A stretch of DNA of 64,000 bases from Klebsormidium nitens (lineage: Eukaryota; Plantae; Klebsormidiophyceae), in assembly GCA_000708835.1 (NCBI GenBank), contig DF237122.1, forward strand, positions 62,001 through 126,000, read 5' to 3'. Below, one piece after another: positions 45,301-64,000 of this stretch. The notes below the pieces were generated by a model, which searched no databases, was not told the origin of the DNA, and saw nothing but the letters and a program-made list of their open reading frames with translations. Position 1 is the stretch's first letter. Each line of letters opens with the position of its first letter. Position numbers and translations under genes: made by a program.

Positions 45301-47309
45301 ACGCCGGATACGGGCTTTGAGAAGGAGAGGATTGCTGGCAGAGTTGGAGAACTAGAGGAGGGGGTCGGGGGTTTGGCAAGCGGGACCGTGACACCGGAGG
45401 GTGGCCACATTCCCGTCAGGACAGAACCTGGGTTGGGTACCTAGACAAGGAGGTACAGAAGCCTTGATGTTGCAGCTCTGGAAGTCGAGGTAGTCCTCGC
45501 TTGCACGTCCCTCCAGAGGATTCACTCGGTGATGCAGGTCGCTATTTGTCGATTTTAAGGGCAACCTCGACAAAGCCCAAAAGTTTCTCGAGTATGCAAC
45601 ATCACGAGTTCGACCAGCTTGAGCAACATTGGGTACAGATCGATTTTCGGCCCCTTGCGCCCCTTTGCTTTCCTTCCATCTTTGGAACTGCCACTTCGAA
45701 AAGAAGCCTCAAACTATGAGCATGTCAAGATGCATCCATAATTCAAACCACCTTTGAACGCTCCCTCCGCAACCTTCTCAAACACCAGTCCTTCACATCG
45801 TCTATCTTGGACCTGCGAGTCAAACCTGAGACGAACTTCCTAAACTCTGGCAGCAGTCCCTTGCTCACCGTGTTCTGCAACAGCCACGCCTGGTAGATCC
45901 ACGCGCTGGTGTCATTTGGATCAGTGAAGAGCGCATTGTCCACAAGCTCAAACTCCGGCTCCAGCCATGCCGATGCTTGCTCCGGTCCAACAGCGATGGC
46001 CTCCTTCGACAGGTGCATCTTTGTGAGGAGTTTACTGCAAAGATTAGGTCCAATCACTCAGTCTGTTGCAAAAGGAATATTAAAACGTGTTTTTGACAAA
46101 AAAGCTTACAGCTTGTATGTCAGTGAGGCCTACTCTTGAACCCAAAGCTTGACATCATACACAGAGTAACGATTCCTCTGCTTCAAATTTCCTCGTTAGA
46201 ACGATGGGGGCTTGACATGATGAGGATTACACTATCAGTTGAAAAATCAACATTCAAACAGATGTAAAAATAGCCAGTTGACATCAGAAACAAAGTCTGT
46301 GTTTCTGCTCATCTGACACTTGACCTTCTGCTGAGAAGAAACTCTATCATGCCCTTCGACTGTGAGCACCCTACACAACATAAGACCAACTCCTTCAAGA
46401 TAAGATAGAGGGCAGAAGGACTTGACTCAAAGTCACTCAGACCGCGTGCTGCCACGCACCTCCGGTAGTGCCACGCCGAAAAGTTGCTGAATGTCTCATC
46501 AATCTTCTGCTGCACAAAGGCCATCTCCTGAGTGTCCGGTGCATCGGCCTGCCGCACAAGGAAGCGTCGGTAGGCCCAGCCATGAAAGTTGCGCTCGTCC
46601 TGCTTCAGGAGCTTATCCAGTAGCTTGAATTCTCTCTGGAGTGGAGCGTGCACTCCCATCAGCTGGAGAATCCACTTGCGGTGGTACCAGGCACCGTATG
46701 CCTTGGGGTTCACTTGAAGGGCTTCAAAGATGAGAACCAGCTCTTGCTCAAAGATGCGCGCTTTTGCTGCATCATCCGCCTCTGCCAGGAGCATCTTTAT
46801 GGCCAATTTCCTGCAGCGATCAGGAGCGATGCGGGTCAACCAATAAGATGTTAACCTTCATAAGATATGTATCAATCCACCAATGCTTAGAGGTGATGCT
46901 TGCTGGATGCAGAACAGGCCAATAGCTGCTGATTGACAGTATTGTCACGATGTACACTGTGAATATTGTTATGTACATACCAAAGCGACACCTCTCGTTC
47001 ACTCGCATCTGTTCATTGTGAAGCACTGCCCTCAAATTAGGGTTTCAAATACTGTGCCATGTACAGCCTGCACCACGCAGCCGTCAAATCGCACCTGTAA
47101 TTCCAGGCAGTGTACATGTCAGGATTCGTCTTGAGCAGCGCAGCACTCTTCTCCACCGCCTCCTTTCCATAATCCTTCTCTTGGTTGCTCCTCAGAACCT
47201 CGGCCAGCTGCTCGGCATACTGCGCTGCTCTCCTCTTGTCCTTTGCAGCTTCCTTGGCACCAGCATCGCTATGCTGGTGCTGCACAGAAACCCTCGCACG
47301 CCCGTGCAT
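42393..47309 (-). CDS. RGTA1: Rab geranylgeranyltransferase type II alpha subunit (PPTA repeats, Ig-like segment, C-terminal LRRs), multi-exon
   Basis: Start MHGRAR. PPTA repeats include NPDMYTAWNYR, NPKAYGAWYHRKW, DERNFHGWAYRR, FSNFSAWHYR and FTDPNDTSAWIY. Then LSFSKPVSGVN, KWILLGKARL..DPAHAEYY and LRR exons (LDLSRNALRS, LDLSHNRI, LSLASNQL, LELGGNEI). The 3' end is approximate. Confidence 0.92.
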
Positions 47310-48218
47310 CCTGAAAACAGCTCAGGAACGCTAGAAGGAGACTGCCAACTGCTGAAGATGTCTACAGACTACAGTGCAGCACCCTGAAAATTGGAATAGC
47401 TCCTGTACTACCTATGATAGCTATTAGCAGGGAGCCCGGCCGGGGCCAGCGCTATAACAAGGTGGCAACCCGCACGCCAGTATTAGCAGCCCCTCTCTAG
47501 ATCCCTCGACTCTAGCATTTTCAACCGTTATCGGCAACTGTCTAAAAAGCCGGTAAGAAGCGGTGCTGGCACCAGCAACCGGCGCGGCGGGCTAGACTGC
47601 CCGAGGGTCTTGGCCCAGGCTCGCCTTGGACCGGCGGCAGCCGCCGCCACCATGGTAACGGTTTTCTCTCTACTCGACTGCGTGGATCGATTTGAAAGAT
47701 ACGCGCGCTTGAAATCTTGAACGCATTTGACGTTGACTTCTTTGACCACCTTCGACGACATTCAAATTGCATGGACAACAGTGGATTTCGAGCAGTCAAC
47801 GCTGTCAAGTTTCGGACTTTCGTTATCGAAGACTGCGTTGAATGAAACTCGAAAGTGCAAGGCAATCCCGCAACGGAAATATCTTTGCTCGAGCAGGGCC
47901 GGAGCAGCCTGTCAACAGTGAAGGCTCGGAAGTCGGATCCAGGATTGGAGCAGCTTGCGAGTCCTGAGCCAATTGGAGGCTACAGCAAGCTCACAACCTC
48001 AGCATTGCATTCATTTCCATTTCGTGGTTGCGGACAGAAAAGCTGTTTTGCAAAAGCTGCGCAGCGCACAAGTAACGAAGCTTGGGGCATTTCTTTGCAC
48101 TTGCATTTTGCTAGGCCTTTGAAGCGTGCTCTGGCGTCATTGCATTGAGATCTGGGAATCTTACAACTTCCTTCAATCCTACCTCCGAAGAGGAGGAGGT
48201 ACTGCAACTACTACGAGA

Positions 48219-54179
<5,961 letters not shown>

Positions 54180-55866
54180 GAACATTTGCGTCACTGAGGC
54201 TTTCCATAGGTACCGCTGGGACTGTCAGGACATTGTAGGTGACTGGTCTTGCGTGCGTTTTGTAAGATGAGGACGAGGTTCGAGCGCCATTTCAGCTTAA
54301 ACGAATTACTTGGGGCGTCATTGTTGACATTGCAGCGCGGTGTCTGGCCAGAGTCTGTAATTTAGGCTTCAGGAGAGCAGGTTGTGAACTTACCATTTCT
54401 TGGGCAGAATGGAGCGGCCGATCTGCCTTATGTTGACTGCTTACAAAGAAGGACGTACATGCAAGCGCTTTGACCTTATGCTGAAGATTCGAAAGCCGAT
54501 CGGTTATCCTCTTGCAAGTTTTAGTTCCAGGCAACTTTCATTCGCCATGTTCACAGGGCACCAGTATCTTGGGCCTTCAAGATTCGGCTTGCAAGCTCTT
54601 GCTCAATCTTGTGTCACGTATCTAGCCTGTTGCATGTCGTCACAGCATGAGTACGTGTCGTGGCATGTACATGTCGTGGATCGATCTGCATATGCTCTTC
54701 AAATAATAATCTATGGGGATTGCGGTCGACCTTCACGTAGTGACCATACAACAAAAGGCTGCACCGCAACAATTATCAACCATGGGACACGTCATCCCAT
54801 GAAATTAAGCTGACGGTCGCCTATAGCAGGCGTGCTCTAGCCTGCATGACGCACATGATTGATAGATGCAAGCTAGTTGTCACCAGAATACATGTGACAT
54901 ATGTTGCTGCGCATGCAGCCGCGCGCATATGACAGACTCGATCGAATGATCTCATGCAGGTTGTGATTTATGTGTATATAGGCATGCAGCCATGACTGTA
55001 TATGCATGCCAGCTTTCACACGAGCGGGCAAAATTCTCACGTACCACTAAAGGCGCAATATACTCACATCTAGCTTGCACTATTCATTGCGTTGTACGTG
55101 TGCTAGTACTCATAACAATTGTTACAACGAGATACGTACCACACATGGGCACGTGGGTACCATCGGCCATGATACCCACATTTCAGATGCATTTCCGGTC
55201 TTTCCAATCATGCAGCTTGAACATACAGCACAGTGCATGTATTCATCTGTACGTGCATGAGCGCGCGGCTCAAAGCAATATCAGACGCTCCGGTCATGTT
55301 CTGAAGACATGTGCGATTTCGCATTGTTACTCTGTGGCTAGTTCAAGCTTACCAGATTCAGTGATTGTAGGGTGCGCTTAGTAGTGTGCGTGAATCGACT
55401 TTTTACTTGAGGTCAACCTATCCATTGAGCCTGGCAGTCGATCCGGTCGCCGGACTCTGCGTTTTGCTTGCCACATGCTCGTCGAGGTACGATCAGGCTA
55501 CACGGACCGCAGGCTAGAATCTGTGCAAAGAGGACTTGATGGTTCTATAACAAGCCATCAGATATGCAAAATTTCATTCGATGGAGGAACCCGCATAACA
55601 CCATCCCAGTACTCTTCTAGAGCAACTTGTGTTTGGCACGCTGAACCTCAGCTGTTGGTATAGACCAGACTTCATTTGACAGGCATTCACAATCACCACA
55701 CAATTCGCTTGCGCGTCGAGCATTGTGATTGATTCGGCAAGTGTGACAGGTTCCAAACAAAAGACAAAAGACTGACTCGTTCCATTGTGCTGTTTGCACA
55801 GCTTGCTCAGGACTTCGAGCGGCAGTGTCAGTACTCTTCGAGAATTTCGGGACGAATTGGCATGCC

Positions 55867-56688
55867 TCATACAATGTCCTCCGCTCGAGCCACGGCTGCG
55901 TTGGCGTTCCCTGCCGGCGGCCTTTGCAACACTCCCCCAATCAACCGCACCGGAGACGCGTTTTCAGTCACCGTCTCCACTTGGATCCAATCCAACTGGA
56001 AGGGGCTCGACCGTTTCAAACTTGCAACGAACGCTATCCCCAACCATATGGTTCCTGTGAGCGCCCAGAAATCACTTATCCCCTGAAACAATCCCCAACC
56101 TATAAGGTAACCCACTATAATCCCCGCTAAATGTCCTACAAAGCTGGCCTGTGGAACTATGATTGACGTGAAGATGAGTGACTCGAACGGGGCGAAGCTG
56201 ATTGGGAGGTTGAGAAGTCCTAAAAGATTCAGGTTTGATGACGGTTGCAAGCAGCTAAGAATGGTCATAAGACCAAACACGACGCAACTATAACCGACAG
56301 CTGTTACCCGCTTATACCGCTCCATCCGGAAGCGATGGGACAAGACATGGTACATTCCCAGAACGAGCGCGCCAGATAAGAACACCAGCAGAACTGTGTA
56401 TTTCAGATACTGTCGCCACCCCAATTGCGCGTGCACTGGATTCTCGATGATCCCCAGGCTCCAAAGGGCACTCATGTTGAACATCAGATGGATGAAACTT
56501 ATGTGGGAAAAAGCTGCCGTGACAACCCTCCAGTACTGGCCAGACTCCACCACCGCCTCGTAGCTTATGCCAACATCTGAATAGCCTATACCATGCTTCT
56601 GGATGTACAACCATACTGCTGTGCACAGGACAATGAGGCAGCTGGTTGCGGGCTTGTCTACCACCTCATAGAGGATTGGCCGTCCCAT
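55867..56688 (-). CDS. RBL13: Rhomboid-like intramembrane serine protease, RBL13-like (single coding exon)
   Basis: [19 protein letters not shown] motif (GQYWRVVT), [15 protein letters not shown], catalytic GYS and GHL, and [22 protein letters not shown], all matching plant RBL13 as I recall it. Confidence 0.9.
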   Translation of the reverse strand: MGRPILYEVVDKPATSCLIVLCTAVWLYIQKHGIGYSDVGISYEAVVESGQYWRVVTAAFSHISFIHLMFNMSALWSLGIIENPVHAQLGWRQYLKYTVLLVFLSGALVLGMYHVLSHRFRMERYKRVTAVGYSCVVFGLMTILSCLQPSSNLNLLGLLNLPISFAPFESLIFTSIIVPQASFVGHLAGIIVGYLIGWGLFQGISDFWALTGTIWLGIAFVASLKRSSPFQLDWIQVETVTENASPVRLIGGVLQRPPAGNANAAVARAEDIV

Positions 56689-58510
56689 CGTGTGGAACAA
56701 GCCGCCAGCGTAGATCAGCACCGCAATCCGGGGCCCTGCTGAAGCATCGGTAAGCACATTCTGCCTTGTCAAATCCAAGCTTCAACGTAGAAGCAGGAGA
56801 TGCCTGCACAGTAAGTTCGAACTTTTGGCAGCCAGTTCGCTCGCTAGCGTCTTACTAATTCCCTACAATCCTTGCGACAAGGGCGTCGAACTCTGCCATT
56901 GAAGTATCAGACGCTCTATAAAGCCTGCCCTCGGCAGATATATTCGGGCCTAACTAAATGCCCTTCTGTAGGAAGGCAATCTAGGTGTATGTAGCGGATT
57001 GCAGCTTGCCCCCGGCGCTCCTCAACACACTGCTCTCTCGCTCTTGAGTCTCCTGACATTAGTCATCAAACGAGGGAATCCTTTCAAGTTTCACAACCAC
57101 GACGGCTTTCTTTCTGCAGCGCCACCTTCTTAGGCAAAGTGGCGGTTCCCCAGACGACCAATTGCCGTCGCATGCCGTTCGGGTAACAACGAGGTGCCCT
57201 TGTAACGAGCTCGTGCAATTCGTATCAAAAGGGAACCGGCATTAGAACCGCCATGAAGCAGGCAGTGTGAACAGCCCTGGCAGATTAGGGTTTGCCAGCG
57301 CTGCTGAGCTTCATGAGCTCATGCAAGCGATGGCGTAAAGGTATGGTGTATGGTGTGAGTAACCAAGCTTTGCAAAACGCAACTGCAGAGGGTTTGCTGA
57401 TGACACCATGACGGTTTGTCTGTTACCATGGCCAGTGCAAAAGTCAGTCACTCCCTTGAACAGCTCCTACTTTGCAGAAATGCACTGATCAATGATCATA
57501 AAGTGGTCAGTTCTACAGAGCTTCAAGTTGCATCAGCAGTGCTGGCAGCTGTGGCTCAGTGATGCAAGGATCCGTTCTTCCATGTCCCAAACATCAGTCC
57601 TTCCTTTTTTGGACATCAGAATCGATGTGTTCCCTCTAGCTGTAGACGGGCAACAGCTGGGCCTGAGTAGAGCAGGTGGCGTTGAGCTCGTTTGAGCCCT
57701 CGGTGGACATCCAGAGCTGAGCTCTCCTGCCCTCCGGGCTTGTTTCTGTTAAGGTTGAACCAAGATGAATCACAAGCAGGCGGGGAGCAGTTTTCAGGAA
57801 CTTGTCCGGAAAATTGGAATTCATGCAGAAATGTAGGACACCTGGATCTACTTTGGAGTGCTCATGTCCAATCTGAGCACTTACTGGCTTAGTTTTGGTT
57901 AGCTACAAACCTTGAGCTCATTGGTTTTTGATTTATGCTTGTCTGCTGACGAAGCAAGTTTCCTGACTTCTCTCAAAGCTAGGCTGCAAAGGAACCACAT
58001 AATGAACTCACAAAACATGGTGTGAGGATGCAAAGATGGCTTGCTGAGAATATTCGCAACAACAGGTGAGGGTTCAATCCTGATGGACTTATCACGAGAG
58101 CTCTTTTTGATGTACACGTGGAGCTCAGGTCGTTCAATCTGGCACTGCAACTGTTGGTAATTGGACAAAAACACCTGACTTGTTTCAGGCGGTGAGCACA
58201 AGACTTCTCCAAAATCCATATGGAGGTGGAATTAGCTTTTCTTGGTTGCCTTTTGGGCCACCAATCAGCAAAGCTAAGATCTGTATTGAATTAACTCGTC
58301 TGTTCATGTGAGCAAGAACGTATTACCACTTGCCTTCTATCATAGGGCGGAGTGTTCCATGATGCTTATTGCGAGAACTTGACAAAAATTAGTCCAAGAT
58401 TGCAGAAAAGCTGGAGTGAGCCAAAGTGTACAATTTGATATGACCACCGAAAATTTTCTCGTGTTGCCTACAGTGACAGCAGGGAAGCGGGGAGTATAAG
58501 GGCTGTCAAG

Positions 58511-61500
58511 ATGCTGACATCATTTGCCGCTGGCAAGGGCCTTGTGCTGCTCACGTTTGCCATGCTTGGCTGGTACATCAGCATGGCTGTGGGCAGTCCA
58601 ACCATGAGACAAGGCCTTTTCAGAAGTGAGCACACAATCCGGACGTGTACCAGTATCAATAATCTGAAAGCAGTGACTATCTTGAGCTCAAGAGCATCTT
58701 CCTGGCTGCTTCTTAAATCTGTGTCTTGGTTCTAGCGGCTTCGGAGGCTGCCCGGTGCCTTCCGCTCTTTTGTAAACGTTGGTAAAGTTGTCATCATCTG
58801 AGGCAATTTTTTGGCCTAAAAATGGTCACATCAGTGCTCAGCATGGCCTGTTCGACATCGTTCTTTCGAAGCCAACACTATCTTCCCCAGCTTGCTCATA
58901 CCAAAACTTGTTCTCTATTGGTGCAGGACACTTACCCGTCCAAGTCATGTCGCCTGATGCTTACATCAGCAGTGACGTCACGGCCCAGAAGGCCGAAGAC
59001 GGTCTTGGGATCTTTCACAGCACGAATCGGAATGAAGACGGCATCATAGATAAGGGCACAGGTTACAAAGGGGAGTTCGCAACAGTCAGCCAGGATGGAA
59101 AACCGGCTACAGCAACAAGGCACGCCAGCAAGGTTGCGCGGGTAGCCGTCCCCCTTCACACGTTCACAATGCCGAGCTCGACGAACAAGTCACAGCAGTC
59201 TCGAAACAAAACGCATTTAAGGTCAGAAAGAGTTCACCGTGGGCCTGCCACGTGCCCCCCCCTCAAAACCGGAGCGAATCTGCCCCGCCGAATCTATCCT
59301 CGTCGGGACCGGGGGAACTGTTCGTGCACCCCGGTGGCGCCGTTCATTCTGCTGTCGATGCAGCGGTCGGGGAGCGGGTGGCTGGAGACACTGCTCAACA
59401 GCCACCCGAACGTGCAGAGTCACGGCGAGCTGTTCCAAGTGAGGAAGAGGGGGGATGGGTGGCGGGAGATGCAGGCGGCGTTGGAAGAAGTGTTTGAGTT
59501 TGGGAGAGTGTCCGAGGAGCAGGAATGCCTCTCGGCTGTGGGGCTCAAGTGGATGTTGAATCAGGTGAGACATACAGGGCTGAGCGCCTTGCGAAGACAC
59601 CGAATGGCATTGCAATACGGTTAGCGCGAGTGGTTGTAAGAAGGCGCTGCGGTCTCTAGCGCGTTTTCTTCATTTGTGCCGGACTGACAGGTTGAGTCTA
59701 ATTGAGCCCTGGTCGCCACGAGCTTGGATCACGAACGAGGCAGTGCATGAAGAAAGCACTATGATAAGGAGGCTCGCATGGAAGTCGGTTCTCCTTCGAT
59801 GCACGTTTGTCAAAGACCGGTCCTTCTTCCCGTTGAGCACACAATCCCTTGAAAATAAATGAGTGATTCCATCTTGTAAGCTCCCTGTGACGCCCAGAAC
59901 ACGTCATTGCTGTAATTATTGAGTCGAGCTGCCCGACTTCGCACCAGAGTTCGAAGTAAAAGCACGGATACGAATCGAGCTGATTCAGGAGAGGTGAGAA
60001 CGTCCGGCAAGGCTGATGTCGAGGCTCCTTGTCGTTACAGCACCAAAAGCAGATTCCGCTTGCACGGCGCGAAAGTCTCACATCCACGGAACGTAACGCA
60101 CAGCCTGACACCTGTTTCACCGTTACAGGGCGCCCTTCAGTACCGGCGCGAGCTGGTCGAGTACGTGCGCGCGCGGGGCGTGTCCGTGGTGCTGCTGGTG
60201 CGGCGGAACAGCCTGCGGCGGCTCATCTCCGTGCTGGCCAACATTTACGACCAGGGGAAGAAGCTGGTGGACGGGAAGAAGCACCGGAGCCACGTGCACT
60301 CCGCGGAGGAGGTGGGCTTTCCAGCGCTTGTCCTGAACTGCCCTGTCTAGTTACCTGCACGATCTTGTCGAGCTAGTTCAAATGGGTCACGTTGAAACCG
60401 CCCAGCTGGGAAAATCTTCGGCCGCTGGAACTGGTTACAAGCGTCCTTTTCTCCAAGCACGAAACAAGAAACTGGAATAACCAATCCGACGTCCCAGTCG
60501 GTCACGTTTTTGCTCCTGGCGCACTTTCAGTCGGTTGAGGAGGGGGAAAGAGATTGATATTTTGTGCTGACGCCACAGCTTGCGATGCGTTCGAGGCGGC
60601 ACCTCGCACTAGAAACATTGCAATCCAACAGGAAGAATGAGAGCGAGACTGCCTGTGCTGACGTCACAGCTCGTCACGTGTCCACGATTGCCAAGCCGGC
60701 GCATTTTGAGTCATAATATAGTCCGCCACCTTGAAGAAAGAAACGGACGATCCGTTCGCTGACGTCACAGCTCGACAGGGTCCGCGATCGGCCAAGCTGG
60801 CGCACTTCGCGTCAAAACGTCGGAAGAACGATCCGTTCGCTGACGTCTTGCCACGTGTCCGCAGGCGGCCAAGCTGGCGCACTTCCGGCCGCGGCTCAAC
60901 CCCGGCACGCTGCTCCCGCACCTGCGCCACGTGCAGCGGACGACGGACGCCGCCGTCGATTTGCTCGCGGACACGCGGCACCTGGTGCTCCACTACGAAG
61001 ACCTGGTGGCGGACTCGAGGGTACGGTTCCGGTCGTTCCGTTTCCGTTCGCCGTGAATGCGTCGTTCCGCCGCTGTTTGCGGTCTGCCGAAGTGTATGGC
61101 GCTCCTGTGAAGCGTTGTTGTGACGAATGGGAGGGTGCGGTTTCGTTATACAAGTATTTTCCGTCGGGACTCACTTGGCAACAGATAATGCATTGCGCCG
61201 GCTTGGGAAGGAGCCTTGATCGGATACTTCTTTCAATGGTAGCGTGCAATAATGCCTTGATTCCGTCACCAACTCTTACGGTTACGGTCCAGGGATATCT
61301 AACTGACCTCAAAACATGGCAGCGCCTTTTCTTGTTGCCAGAAGCAGTCCTTGCAAAGTTACTGACGCCACCTTGCCGGAAATTGCAGGTCGTCGACCGC
61401 TTACAGGCCTTCCTCGGGTTGCCCCCCCGGTTGCTGAGGAGCAAGCAGGTGCAGATTCACCGAGAGGGCCTCGAGCAGCACATCGCAAACTGGGACGAGG

Positions 61501-61547
61501 TCAAGAGTATCTTGACCGGCACAGAGTTCGAGCACATGCTGCAATGA
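58511..61547 (+). CDS. NodH-like / Stf0-like PAPS-dependent sulfotransferase, type II membrane protein; exons about 58473/58511-58626, 58927-59564, 60129-60311, 60865-61020, 61389-61547
   Basis: An N-terminal hydrophobic anchor is followed by FILLSMQRSGSGWLETLLNSHPNVQSHGELF (5'-PSB loop), AVGLKWMLNQ, LLVRRNSLRRLISVLAN, HRSHVHS, LVLHYEDLV and QAFLGL...KQVQIH...HIANWDEV. Additional upstream exons are possible. Confidence 0.88.
60736..60885 (+). repeat. Duplicated acceptor region (about 77-nt period) of the 60865-61020 sulfotransferase exon
   Basis: 'acgatccgttcgctgacgtc...gtccgc..cggccaagctggcgcacttc' occurs twice. The upstream copy has lost the AG (cgcgat versus cgcagg). A partial third copy, gctgacgtcacagctcg, lies at 60657. 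Confidence 0.85.
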
Positions 61548-63555
61548 GAGGCAGGCGGAAGTTCGGTTCTGCGGTCGACATCTTTTGAACGTACCGCTGA
61601 ATCGCGTGTTGTAAAGTAGAAAGCGGGGGATTGCCGGGTCAAACGGTGTGCAGGAAAGGTTGAATCATTCACCGCCACTCACTGCTTGGGATGTTGAAGT
61701 CCCGGCTCAGAAATGCGGGAACGGCATGCGGTGTTTGCGTCCGAGGACGCGATTCTTTCATGATAGCGTGTACGAAGCAACTCGATAATTGACCGGACGT
61801 TAGGACGTAAGTAGATGCATTCCACTTAAGATAAGGCAGAGCATTGGAATTCGATGCTCTGCTTAGTGGTACCGTTCAAAAGTCTCAGTTGCACCATCTC
61901 CTGCCAAATGCCTTTCATCACCTCTGACGCTTGTGACCTTGTGTATCAACAGCCGCGCTGCACGCGAATCTATCGGGAATGCGCTTTTCAGGTCATCATG
62001 CATTTTGCATGTATAGCTGTACGGCCTCTGTTGAGACGTCTGCAAAAATAGATTAAGTAAGGCAACATGCAATTGATGGGGCGCTTGCGCAGCTCAGGCA
62101 AGCCTATGGAGGGGGCCGGCCATGTGCGAAAATGCAACGGCTTGCAGCTATATGATGTACGAGGGAACATTCGAGGACATTGCTTTTGTATTTTCTCTTC
62201 ATGAAGAACATATATGACCTAATGAGGTCACATGAAAGCCATGCAATTGTCGGATGCAATTTTCGATGGAAGCAAGGCAAAAGCGTGGATCCAAACTTTT
62301 TCAATCCGTTGGACTTCCATTCGATCGAATCAGTGAAAAAGCCTCGACTCAACAAGAGCTTGAGTAGCGATAAGGAAGTGCGACTTCGAAGACTCGCAAA
62401 ATTCTCTTGCGCGTACTGTCGAATCGTGCAGCAGGTTTTTTCCACAGTCTTACAGACGCAATTTAGACGGACGGTCTGGATTATTCGTCAGCTCACGGGA
62501 GAATCGATTATGCATGACCTCCTGATTGGCAGATGTCCCGGTCGGACCCTTGTTGGCGGTTGCGGTTTTCTTCGGAGCCTGAGGCTTGCATGTTATATGA
62601 TCTGGGTTCACGTAACTGTATCTTGATCGGCTCTTTCACAAATCTGGACAAACGAACCCAGTTCAGTGCATCGGATTGGTCGGGAGACACCCCCGAGGAC
62701 GCGACTGGATGCAGACTCGGCTATGTCAACACTCCGCGCCTCACAACGTCGGCCCGGCTTTTTTGATAACCCTCGATATGTCACTCTCAAGCTACTACTG
62801 TGAGACTTCGACTCGAATTCCGCGGGAAGCTCCTGCATGACAAGAAGTCGTTTGCGCGGGGACTTTATTTGGAAAGGCAGACTTTGAGAATGCCAAGGCA
62901 ATAATCTTACTTAGTGCTTTCCGGTTTCAAGATGAATTCAAACTTCGAGAGAAAGCGCGCGGAGGCAACATAGCAAGTCTGTCTGAAATTCAGGACTCAA
63001 GAGGCAGAGAGTCTACAGTAGTATCATCTGATTACCCTACGTCAATTCCAAGAATGCGCATGCATCTGGTGCCAGTAGAAAAGAAGCTACAGTTATCATA
63101 TAGCCGCAGTGAGCCGCAGCTCAGAGCTTCTTTTCTTTTCCAACTTTCGCGTCATAGTGTTCCTTCTTTGGCGCAAAGATCAAGGTTGTCGGGAGCCATG
63201 CACAGTTATTGGTGAATCATATCAGTTAAGTAATGTTCAGCGCTGAAGATCTGGGTGGGTGTCCCAATTTCTGGAGGGCGCTCCGACTACTGCTCGGAAC
63301 AAACCGACAAGTGACTCGTTGCGGCCAAAAGTTGTGGAAAGGCCACGGAGGTGTCTCTCTGCATTGCAGCTCAGATAGAGGGCCTGGCTCGTATCAGGAC
63401 AACGATGAAGCCTTCCGTAGTCTCTTTCGCGAAATGGTTGGGCTTCCTGATCCTCAAGCACCTGAAAGCTAAGGCTTATTGAGCGCCTTCTCTGGCATAC
63501 CTCTTTGCGAACACCCTTCTCTGCCAGCTCTGATCAAGGAAGCCATCCTTTCAAG

Positions 63556-64000
63556 ATGGAAGTACCTGCAGGACTCGAGCAAAGTGAACTGCAGCAATGT
63601 TCAACGCTCGAGACATGCTTCGTGGACATCCCTAACTTTTTAGATACAAATTCTGACCAGTGCACTGAGAGAATAGGAGGAGATACTGACTGCTCAGAAG
63701 GACCTGCTGGTTACAGCCAGTCTTGTGAAGCAACCAATACCTTCGACGTGAGCAACTTCCTGGAGCTAGACTTTGCGTTCGAGAAACCAATTGGCTCAGC
63801 GCTGGAGAGGCGAAGCTCGGGGCAATCAAAGACTGGAAAGGAAGACAGAAGCATGGTCAACCTGCTCGGGGTTTCGTCTAGTCAGGAATGTCGTGCTTGC
63901 GTGCCGAATCGTCTGAGCGAAGAATCCACGCAGTCAGTTGGTGGCATGCAAACGCCTTTTAAGCTTGGCTACTACAAATCAGAAGCAGACCTCTTTCCGG
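63556..64000 (+). CDS. Start of an unidentified protein (acidic, Ser/Cys-rich N-terminus) running off the window edge
   Basis: ATG at 63556 (aagATGG) is followed by 148 stop-free codons to the window end: MEVPAGLEQSELQQCSTLETCFVDIPNFLDT... It is absent from the ORF track because no stop lies in the window. Confidence 0.5.
   Translation, partial: MEVPAGLEQSELQQCSTLETCFVDIPNFLDTNSDQCTERIGGDTDCSEGPAGYSQSCEATNTFDVSNFLELDFAFEKPIGSALERRSSGQSKTGKEDRSMVNLLGVSSSQECRACVPNRLSEESTQSVGGMQTPFKLGYYKSEADLFP

Noticed and set aside
60896-61444. 182-aa minus-strand ORF and the overlapping 230-aa plus-strand ORF (60855-61547)
   Set aside because: These are shadow or intron read-through frames across GC-rich sulfotransferase exons.

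Overview
This is eukaryotic nuclear DNA: gene-dense, intron-rich and GC-rich at third codon positions. The plant-lineage gene families and canonical GT-AG introns fit a streptophyte green alga such as Klebsormidium (inference). About 14-15 protein-coding loci can be rebuilt by joining exons by hand. In order: two convergent EsV-1-7/IMM-type cysteine-rich repeat genes; an 8-exon-or-more bacterial-type GH13_18 sucrose-phosphorylase-family gene; a degenerate MYND-finger locus; a DUF707 gene; a CCCH-WD40 (ZFWD) gene with a GC-AG first intron; a CBR1-like carbonyl reductase; a plant-type uncharacterised gene; an intron-containing divergent histone H2B; a DUF493/YbeD-like gene; Rab geranylgeranyltransferase alpha; a 10-exon divergent alpha-tubulin; rhomboid-like RBL13; a NodH-like sulfotransferase; and an ORF running off the right edge. 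I recognised no tRNA, rRNA, CRISPR array or transposase/reverse-transcriptase ORF. Three things stand out. (1) The GH13_18 enzyme keeps its catalytic triad, but its two acceptor-specificity loops match no family member I recall, so it may have a new activity. (2) In at least five unrelated genes, the 3' splice site plus exon start is tandemly duplicated, leaving decoy acceptors upstream of the real one. (3) The alpha-tubulin has K40R, a shortened K40 loop and a 3-residue deletion in helix H12. All family assignments come from recalled motifs, not database searches.
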